Assembly: GCF_964204645.1 (NCBI RefSeq) | Contig: NC_134032.1 | Coordinates: 8,668,275-8,732,274 of the forward strand | Source of the DNA: Tubulanus polymorphus | Lineage: Eukaryota; Animalia; Nemertea | Reading direction: 5' to 3' | DNA length: 64,000 nt | In this document: positions 39,566 through 48,132 of the stretch, piece after piece | Numbering within the stretch: position 1 is the stretch's first letter | Layout of the letters: the number at the start of each line of letters is the position of its first letter | Translations under genes and position numbers: made by a program | The notes under the pieces: model-generated | What the model saw: the letters and a program-made list of their open reading frames with translations, nothing else | What the model was told of the DNA's origin: nothing | Database searches by the model: none

Positions 39566-40142
39566 GATGAGCTTTCGAGTAATTCAAACTATAATGTTCT
39601 AAATCGACGAAACGAATCCTCGAAAATCTATTGAACACGAAAGCACAGCTACATTTCAAACTCAGCGTGTTTATTTTAGCAACTAACGATGCTGCACTAT
39701 GCCATATAATGCCGGTTTGCTACAAATATGAAAATATATATATAAGTAATCAATTCAATTTATGCAAAGAAAACTAACCCACAGCAAATCTAAAAATTCG
39801 TTACTTACAATTACTGTAGCTCCTCGAGCAAGTTTCTACGAAAATGACCAATGCTCAACTGTGAGATATTCAATATATACTGTATATATAATGTACAAGA
39901 CTTAGTAACAACAAAGCATGGAGAGGTTCAATGAAGGGTTACAAATCCTACAGTACTAAAGCTAAACTCGACTACAATAAAATTCTATAGCAGCAAACCG
40001 GACTTCAATTTACAACAGATTTGATATAAATGATATTTCAAAATTAACATTAGCAGTTACTTTATCTAATTTAACTATTGATTATTTAGAAAAACAAAAA
40101 TATATTCCTCCCATATAAATGCATAATTTTTTTGCTAAATAA

Positions 40143-40565
40143 ATGGCTTCTGCAATTATAACTATTATAGGATCGGCAATTGTTAACGCTTTAGCATTTA
40201 CTGGTGGCGGTTATTTATTTAAGCATATTGATAAAAATAGTTCATTAGGAGAACAAAGAAGACATAATTTAGCATTAGAGAAATATAATAAAGCAGCAGA
40301 AGAATACAGAGAAAAACGACAAAACTATATGGATTATATTAACAAGGAATTATATGATCAGAAGATTTCACATAGAGATTTTCAATCAGTTGATGATGCA
40401 ATGAGTTTATATAACGCAGTAACCAATAAAGAAAAATTACATCTATACAAACCTAAATTATCAGATTATTATACCCCAAGTAAAGAACAACAGAAATATG
40501 AAATAATTTGGATTTTAGGTGGAACAGTTATTGTTATATTTGTAGCATATAAATTTACTAATTAG
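40143..40565 (+). CDS. Polinton small membrane/coiled-coil protein (140 aa)
   Basis: N-terminal hydrophobic VNALAFTGG, EQRRHNLALEK, C-terminal TM; TAAATG start. Confidence 0.75.
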   Translation: MASAIITIIGSAIVNALAFTGGGYLFKHIDKNSSLGEQRRHNLALEKYNKAAEEYREKRQNYMDYINKELYDQKISHRDFQSVDDAMSLYNAVTNKEKLHLYKPKLSDYYTPSKEQQKYEIIWILGGTVIVIFVAYKFTN

Positions 40566-40584
40566 TAATTTTTTTTCTAAATAA

Positions 40585-41019
40585 ATGGAAGATAAAGTTG
40601 ATAGTATTGATATTATTCCTCATGATATAAATAAAACTAAATTAAAAATATATTTAGAAAAACAAATATTAGAATTTGAAAGTGACTTAAAGATAAAAAA
40701 GAAAAAATATTTAAAAAGTAAAATTATATATTATCTTATTATTAGTGGTTCGGTTACAATTAGTTCTGTAATAACATTTCTAGCAATATTCAGTCCATTA
40801 ACACCTTTAACTATATCAATTGGTGTATTAGGATTAACTTCAAGTGTTTTAACTGGTATAAGTTCAAAATTAAATATAAAAAGTAATAAAGAAATAATTA
40901 AAACTAATATAAAAGAAATTAATAAATTGAAGAATACACTAGATTATATAATAAGTTTAAATGGTCATATAACAGTTGAAGAACAAGATAATTTATTAAA
41001 AGAATTAATAAATTATTAA
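40585..41019 (+). CDS. Polinton two-TM protein (144 aa)
   Basis: Central hydrophobic hairpin flanked by Lys-rich coils; TAAATG start. Confidence 0.7.
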   Translation: MEDKVDSIDIIPHDINKTKLKIYLEKQILEFESDLKIKKKKYLKSKIIYYLIISGSVTISSVITFLAIFSPLTPLTISIGVLGLTSSVLTGISSKLNIKSNKEIIKTNIKEINKLKNTLDYIISLNGHITVEEQDNLLKELINY

Positions 41020-41035
41020 TTTTTTAATTAAATAA

Positions 41036-41566
41036 ATGGTAGATAGTTTTCCAAAAGCTTTCCAATATAATAAATCAATTAAATATAATATTCCTGCAAT
41101 AGATTTTAATAAAGATATTACATATAGAAATGAAGTTTTAGATTCATTAACTAATTTAGAAATTTATGTTACTGAAACTAATAATTTTAATGCAAAGATG
41201 GAAAATATATTTCATGTATATTTAATTAATTTTAAAAAATTGAAAGATGAAAAACAATGGTTATTAAAATCTAATATGAAGTATTGGCAGAACCAATTAA
41301 ATTTTGCTGTTTATTGTGCAACAACAGGTTGTGGAATTAGTTGGAATGATCATTTGAATAATTCTAAATATAAATTAATTCAAAGTTTATTTAGATTTCA
41401 TACATACTTTCAAATCAGAATAATATTAAATGAATTAGAGTGCGCTTTACCAAAATATATATATAATTACACTCATCCATTCATCCACTCATCCAATTCA
41501 TCCAATTCATCCAATTCATCCACTCATCCATCAATATACAGTGAATTCTATAATATTTTGAATTAG
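41036..41566 (+). pseudogene. Polinton-associated protein, apparently truncated at ~41452
   Basis: YWQNQLNFAVYCATTGCGIS...FRFHTYFQIR..L.EL.CALP, then runs into TCATCCA simple repeats. Confidence 0.6.
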
Positions 41567-41588
41567 GATTTTATTTTATAAATTTATA

Positions 41589-41731
41589 TTCTTGTTAAAT
41601 CTATTTGAATAGAAATCAAAAAGATTTAAATAAAAAAACAATAAGTTACTTTATCTAATACTAACTTATTTAACTTATTGTTTTTTTATTTAAATCTTTT
41701 TGGATTTCTATTCAAATAGATTTAACAAGAA
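41589..41731. repeat. Long hairpin (60-bp arms, ~22-nt loop)
   Basis: 41589-41648 pairs with 41671-41731 with one indel. Confidence 0.9.
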
Positions 41732-42109
41732 ATTCAATAACTTTAACTGTTAGTATCACTCTTGTATTATTTCATTGTTTCTCTTATTGAATAAGCCAAC
41801 TAACTAATATCACTCTTGTATTATCCTAGTCAATTGTAAAGAATTTACAATATCATACTTGAATGAATTAAAACATAAATTACTTCTGTTACTTCATTTT
41901 CAGAAATAAAGCATAATATGTATTCAATACCATTAATACGTATTTAATACCATCAATACGTATTTGATACGTATTTAATACATGGTATTAGGGTATCTAA
42001 TAGGGTATCTAATACATTGATACCTCAACCCCCCTTTTTTATTAACTTTTATTTTCATACATTTCAACTAATATATTTTATATTTTCAGCTAATTTAACA
42101 GTCGATTTC

Positions 42110-42412
42110 TTATTTTGATTCATATAATTTTTCATCAAGTTCATGAATATACATGTGATTTCTCAAACTCTTTTTATTTTTATATCTTTTATTGCATATT
42201 TCACAGCATTTAATATTATTCAATCTATCTGAAATATAATTCATATTTTCTATTAATTCAGTGTATCTAATTTTACAGCAATCATAGAATTCTAACAACT
42301 GTTTTATACTATAAATTGAAAAAGAAAATAAACCTGTAAGCATAATAATTGATTTAATATTCTGTTGATTTTTATATATTAGATGTAATAAGTTTAATAT
42401 ATTTTCACTCAT
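42110..42412 (-). CDS. Polinton small protein with C-terminal C2H2 finger
   Basis: CEICNKRYKNKKSLRNHMYIH; hydrophobic N-terminal segment; TAAATG start. Confidence 0.65.
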   Translation of the reverse strand: MSENILNLLHLIYKNQQNIKSIIMLTGLFSFSIYSIKQLLEFYDCCKIRYTELIENMNYISDRLNNIKCCEICNKRYKNKKSLRNHMYIHELDEKLYESK

Positions 42413-42432
42413 TTATTTATTTAATTAATTCA

Positions 42433-42630
42433 CTAATCTGATTCAATAACTTTTTTATGATTATTTTTATTTCCATTTAATTTTTTCAATTTCTTGCTCA
42501 ATTTTATATTTTCATTCATCAAATCCTTACTAATATTCTCATAGTATAAATAAAGCGCAGCCAATATTAATCCTCCTGCTACAAGATAATGTTTCAAATC
42601 ACTTTTCCCAGTTGGGATGAAACCATCCAT
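42433..42630 (-). CDS. Polinton small single-TM protein (65 aa)
   Basis: YLVAGGLILAALYLYY; TAAATG start. Confidence 0.6.
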   Translation of the reverse strand: MDGFIPTGKSDLKHYLVAGGLILAALYLYYENISKDLMNENIKLSKKLKKLNGNKNNHKKVIESD

Positions 42631-42756
42631 TTATTTAAGAAAGAAATTAAACAGTTTATAAAATATTTGCTAGTTTTTAATTAAATATTTTATAATCATT
42701 TTAAAAATATTAAATTTTTAAATGATTAAATCAAATAACAATTAAATTTACAGCCA

Positions 42757-43035
42757 AACAATTTAACATTTCAACTGTCAAACAATTTATCATTTCAACT
42801 GTCTTATCATTTCAACTGTCAAACAATTTATCATTTCAACTGTCAAACAATTTATCATTTCAACTGTCAAACAATTTATCATTTCAACTGTCAAACAATT
42901 TATCATTTCAACTGTCAAACAATTTATCATTTCAACTGTCAAACAATTTAACATTTCAACTGTCAAACAATTTATCATTTCAACTGTCAAACAATTTATC
43001 ATTTCAACTGTCAAACAATTTATCATTTTAACAGT
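42757..43035. repeat. 24-bp tandem repeat (~11 copies)
   Basis: (TCATTTCAACTGTCAAACAATTTA)n. Confidence 0.95.
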
Positions 43036-43088
43036 CTATTAGATATTTAAATCATTTAACTCAATTCAATAATTATAATGTAGAATTG

Positions 43089-43739
43089 TTACTCTTTACA
43101 CCAGTTTTTATGTTGAATTGTTTCATAATGCTTTGATTTATGTGATTTTAAATATTTACCTCCGCAATAACAATGCACTTTTTCATTAGGATTGAATTTT
43201 CTAAATTCATCATCTAATTTACATTGAACTGCAATATCTTTAAATGATTTTTCATTATCTAATTCACATTGAATGCCAATATTTGATGAATTTTCATTAT
43301 AGATAATTTGTTTATTATCAAAATTGAAATAATATAATTGTCTTTTTTCAATTCTTAAGTTAATCAAATCATTGTAATCTTTTGAAAGTATTATATCATC
43401 ATTTCTTTCATTGAAAGGAGTTTTAAGAATATTAATTATGTTTTCATCTAAAGTTCCTTTAAAATTTAAAACTGTATTGAATACTTTAGGATTTTTAACA
43501 CCATTATCAAAAGTATCTACTAGTTCAGTAATTAAATATGTTTCATTTGATAATATTTGATTAATTACAGTAATATTTTCAATTTTATAATACCTTGCGG
43601 ACACTAAATTTGTTGCCGAAATATAATTTTTAATGTAAAACTGTGAAAATGATTTATTGGTTTCATTGATTTCGATTTTAAAGTTGGGTTCTTCTTCTTC
43701 TTTCTTCATTTTTACAACAAAATTTTTATTAAAACTCAT
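43089..43739 (-). CDS. Polinton protein with C-terminal CxC..H..T..H zinc finger (216 aa)
   Basis: VHCYCGGKYLKSHKSKHYETIQH; intact ORF. Confidence 0.65.
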   Translation of the reverse strand: MSFNKNFVVKMKKEEEEPNFKIEINETNKSFSQFYIKNYISATNLVSARYYKIENITVINQILSNETYLITELVDTFDNGVKNPKVFNTVLNFKGTLDENIINILKTPFNERNDDIILSKDYNDLINLRIEKRQLYYFNFDNKQIIYNENSSNIGIQCELDNEKSFKDIAVQCKLDDEFRKFNPNEKVHCYCGGKYLKSHKSKHYETIQHKNWCKE

Positions 43740-43859
43740 TCAAATATAAATATTCAATGTTTTAAATATGAATTATTTCACTCACACTTTTATATTGAAT
43801 AATCTATCAATTTATATGTTATTCATATATATTTTATTCATGTATATGATTATTTTAAG

Positions 43860-44202
43860 AGTAATAGGGGTAATGGGCTTTCAGGTTAAAGGTTGAATGG
43901 TCGAGTTCATTAAAAAATGAAAAACATGAAAATAATAACAATTTCTACTTGAATTAGGAGTGAAACTCATAAAAAATGAAAAATAATTCTCACACGCTCG
44001 AATTTATTTCACTCACACTTTACTCACACTTTTTTCTAGCGAGTAAAAATGAAAAATAAATTCGAGTGTGTGAGAATTATTTTTCATTTTTTATGAGTTT
44101 CGCGACTAATTCAAGTAGAAATTGTTATTATTTTCATGTTTTTCATTTTTTACGAGCTCGACCGTTCGACCTTTGGCTTGAAAGCCCATTACCCCTATTA
44201 CT
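43860..44202. mobile_element. 343-bp foldback mini-element with Polinton-like termini
   Basis: ~150-bp arms; AGTAAT...ATTACT ends; the first ~46 bp align with the host Polinton TIR; imperfect 6-bp flanks TTTAAG/ATTAGG. Confidence 0.75.
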
Positions 44203-44616
44203 ATTAGGCGCCTTTAATATAATGTGTTTCCTGTCAACCATTGAAGGAGAATTGGTGAGGTGTGGGTCACAGGGGTGTAATTAGAAATGCTTGGGGATAG
44301 GTATCTCGTGGCGCCTCTCAATAACGGGATGCTTATCCCCTAAAAACTCTGTGAGTCAAGTCGGGTGGTTTTGCTAAAACTTACCGTAAAAACATTGAAA
44401 TATTCCTTTTAATCACGAGAGAGAATGTATCCTCCTGTCCTGTGTGTGTTGTATGTACTGCGTGCTTATTATATAACTGCTATAACAACAACGTTGAATT
44501 GCAACACCTGTTTGATCGATCAATATGTAACAGATGTTTGACTGTATGATTGTAGTTGTTTGTAAAACGACTAAGGTCATTTTGGATTCTAGATATTCAT
44601 TATTTTTATCTCTTAT

Positions 44617-44943
44617 TTAATCAACAATTTCTAAATCATGATGACCGTCTTCATTTTTCCCATGGTGGATTATTTTAAATCTTTCTAAATCTTTTAATTC
44701 CTCTGTACTCAATGAAACCCATTTATCAGGTAAAAATACTTTAAATTCTCGCGATGTACTAACATTACAGTAGCTTAAATTCGCTGATACTTTCTCTCCA
44801 TATTTAGTTTTTATCTTTTCTAATTTCAATATTTTATGTTCAATTTCTTTTGTAACATCAACTAACTTTTTTATTTCAAATTGTTTTTTTGCTGGTTTAA
44901 TTCTGTTATTTATTGTTGCTAAGAATGCTTTTCTATCTCCCAT
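44617..44943 (-). CDS. Polinton 108-aa protein, possibly OB-fold ssDNA-binding
   Basis: KIKTKYGEKV..L...FKVFLPDKW pattern; ATG lies inside the right TIR. The fold is inferred. Confidence 0.6.
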   Translation of the reverse strand: MGDRKAFLATINNRIKPAKKQFEIKKLVDVTKEIEHKILKLEKIKTKYGEKVSANLSYCNVSTSREFKVFLPDKWVSLSTEELKDLERFKIIHHGKNEDGHHDLEIVD

Positions 44944-45028
44944 TTATTAGGAAAAAAAATTACTTGTGGTAATGAATGGTGTCTCGACCGCTCGACCTCT
45001 GGTATGAAAGCCTACTTTCCCAATTACT
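44939..45028 (-). repeat. Right terminal inverted repeat
   Basis: Ends ...CAATTACT followed by TSD TATAGA. Confidence 0.95.
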
Positions 45029-45542
45029 TATAGACAATTCCATCCTCCCTCGGCAGGGATTTGAACCTGATGGCATCGCTACACTCAGCCACGGCACTAA
45101 CCCCTGCCACACTAGACCGGGTGCGCAGGTACATGCGAAGCTTTGCCGCACGAAAACTTGCGGCACCAATCAGATTGCTCGTTGCATAATCGCTGAGGTA
45201 AATTTAACGGAAGAACTATAAATGGGAAAACCCGGGCTGAAATAAAACGGGATATCTGATCGGCTAATAATGACATCATCTAGGCTGCGCATGTAGCTGC
45301 ACACTCGGTCTAGTGTGGCAGGGTTTCGTACCGAGGCAATCTCAATCTCGGGGGAGGATGAGACAAATCTGGAAAGGATGGCTGCTTCAATAAATCGCCC
45401 CAAGTACATAAAACCCATAGATAGATTTTATCGCATTAGGCGGATTACACAATAGAGCGGTCCGAATGGATTACCGGCCAGACCGGTACCGGTTTAGGTG
45501 CAGACTGTCCGATAAAATATACATACCACCAATCAAAAATCT

Positions 45543-46828
45543 CGGCGCTAGTCCAGTATACGACATTATAGTGCGTGCGTAGAGTTACACTGCGTTATTC
45601 GGTCAGTGTTCACAGCAGTTGACCGTTGACAGTCGACACCTAAAGTAAACTATGAGAACAGGTGGCAACCTATCAACCCGTCATCCAGCACTGAAGTATA
45701 ACAGTTTTTCCACCCCTTTAATTGCTATTTGTCTTCATAATTTTCATCGTCTCTCATAAATCCATTGCGTATTATGAAGTTGCGGATGATTCGGATGATA
45801 TCGTCATTTCGAAACACAAAAAGGCATGTATATATAACATTCAAATATAATATATCTAGATAGCTATTAAAATTGGTGGAAGGGTGGTTTTTTATGTTGA
45901 TTTGACAAATCGTTGGTCCTAAATAACCTTGGGAAGGTTTTTAGCATAGTTTAAAATGTGAATGATTAGGGTTAGGGTTCGGGTTAGGTTTAGAGTTAAG
46001 GGTTACTATGAGGCTTCAATTCAGGAATCAGTGAACTATACTATTGGCAGTTGGGATACTTTTTCTCTGTTAAGGAACATGAATATATCATTTAATATTA
46101 TAGACATGTGACGCTGCTGTATGTCTCCACTGATGTGTATGTCTGCACATCAACCAACCTATCGAAGACAAGTTTCCGGCAAGTATATAATTAAATGATA
46201 TATAAAATATTATATCAATTGATTTTTGGGAATAATTGATTAGGAAGATGTCCTCGAAACAGAAGACTAGACGATTAGTATACGCGTTCACACGGAATCT
46301 AGGTGAGAGGCCTGTCGTTAACCGTCCGGTACAGTTATCACCTTACTGAGGGTGTCTACCTGTCATCCATTCTGTGCGATCATCACCTAACTGTTGTGTA
46401 GGGTGTCTACCTGTCAACCGTCCTGTGCAGTCATCACCTAACTGTTGTATTGGGTGTCTACCGGTTAACCGTTCTGTGCAGTCATTACCTTACTGTTGTA
46501 TAGGGTGTCTACCTGAAGTCCGTCCTGTGCAGTCATCACCTAACTGTTATGTAGGGTGTCAGCTGTCAACCGTCCTTTGGAGTCGTCACCTAACTTGTGT
46601 GTAGGGTGTCATCTGTCAACCGTCATTTAGAGTCATCACCCTAGTATGTAAGGTGTCGCGTGTCATCAGCTGTAAAATATGATCCCCATCAAGGATCTAT
46701 TTTCATGGAACTTCTTTTAGTTCCATATTACTACGCTTTTATATTTCAGCTTGCGCATTAATTCCCCGATTTACTCCAAAAGTATCTCTACACGTTGCAC
46801 TATAATGTCGTATATCGGACTTGGGCCG
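45543..46828. mobile_element. Non-autonomous TIR element with an internal ~60-bp minisatellite (copy 1)
   Basis: Imperfect ~42-bp TIR CGGC..AGTCC..TATACGACATTATAGTGC..GTAGAG; AAATCT on both flanks; tandem GTAGGGTGTC..CTGTCAACCGTCCTGTG.AGTCATCACCTAACT at ~46305-46640. Confidence 0.8.
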
Positions 46829-48132
46829 AAATCTCGTTAGATTTTCGGGTTTAACCATGAAATTTTCCTGGGCGATTATACAAAGGTCAATCTGATTCCA
46901 TCAGGTTCGAACCCTGCCCAGGGTAAACAAGGATTTCCGGCGTATAAATGGAAATGATAGGAAAATTTCAAATATATTACATTCAGTCGACTCCGCTCAT
47001 GTCGGATATTTTGGGACCGTAAAAAATGTGTCCGACTATAGTGATATCCAAGTTGGTGATACGTATTTCTTAAATATTGTCACAAAAAATATTTCAACAA
47101 ACATCTGAATTGAACGGTTATTCGATTCGGTTGGATGATTCACGTATCAGGCTGGGTGGGTAAAATATCAGGTGTCATCGCTCTTATGTTTGCGCTTGTC
47201 AGTGAAATGTAATTTTGATTGTGGCGTAAATCAAATTTCAGCCGTTCAGCAATAAAGAATCAAACTTCCAACGCGTTAGAGTTACGTGCATTGGGAATGT
47301 CGTATGCTGTTGTTGTTGTTGCATTCATCGGAATCATTGCCTAATATTTATGCAATGTACAAAGTTATCGGTCAGGCGCCGATTCAGACGGTAGCACCGT
47401 AGGTACGTGCTACCGCCGCAATAATCTTGTGCCCTTTTTTCACGCCCAAAGCAGAAAAGGGCACTTTTTACAAGACGAGGTAGATAATTTTAAACAAAAA
47501 GCACATAATTCTTCAGGATTTTGTCTTTATATAAATTGATAACATTATTAGAGTACACTCCCAGATTCCTGACAGTGGTTGTCTCCACAGTGACCTTTGT
47601 CGCTCTACGATCCTAGTATACCTATCTGTGGTACATCAGACACTAAGGTTCCAGTGAACGGTTAAGGTGCGGTAGATTCATGTATGGTCTTTTTATTCTA
47701 ATATGTCTAATAGTAAATTCAGACTTGCTGTCGTTGGGTTGATGACCACTAATGTAAGAAATGTAAACCTTGTCGCGTTCAAGAAGGAAAGTTAACCGAG
47801 TAAAAGTTAATGGTAAATTTGGAAGTGGGGTCTAATTTTCTCAAGAATGATTAAAGCGTTTATTACCGATTAGCTGTCTAGGTGGTGGACTGTGCTCCAC
47901 TGAATCCATGAGGTGGCGCTGTGATCAAGCCATGTCGGTATTTTTCCTCTCGTAATATTCTATAAAGTAATTCAAGTTCCACGTTTCTGAACTGCTCAAC
48001 AGTAACGTCGTCAAATAGCCAACAGTAGTAAGAGCTCCTCGTATATCTATGTAAGTCACTACCAGTTATTTTTAGAGTGATTCTCCGCCGAAATCCGGTC
48101 TTCACGCCGCGCGTGTTTCAATAAAATCAAAT

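Larger units (their letters stand above)
35168..40017 (-). mobile_element. BEL/Pao LTR retrotransposon lacking reverse transcriptase
   Basis: 423-bp TG...CA LTRs at 35168-35590 and 39595-40017 (one mismatch seen); GATT duplication; PPT-like GGAGGTGCTG; gag-protease and integrase present. Confidence 0.93.
35043..40118 (+). pseudogene. 73-aa small membrane protein gene split by the BEL/Pao insertion
   Basis: 35043-35167 joined to 40022-40118 (one GATT copy removed) reads MSDNKWIITGLYNGALLSVGTVGYSMVLKKVFKMGSVNVDRFDINDISKLTLAVTLSNLTIDYLEKQKYIPPI* in frame. Confidence 0.8.
27372..45028. mobile_element. Polinton/Maverick-type endogenous DNA virus, decayed and apparently internally deleted
   Basis: TSD TATAGA at 27366-27371 and 45029-45034; AG...CT termini; TIRs 27372-27460 and 44939-45028 (3 substitutions + 1 indel); protein-primed PolB, penton-like ORF, intronless compact ORFs, abrupt shift to very high AT. 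Confidence 0.93.

Noticed and set aside
42790-43026. (MINCLTVE)n ORF
   Set aside because: Translation of the 24-bp tandem repeat; lacks the element's TAAATG start.
45963-46005. TTAGGG-like interstitial telomeric repeats (also ~11550-11600)
   Set aside because: Short, degenerate and, at 45963, embedded in a dispersed element; no evidence of a chromosome end or fusion.
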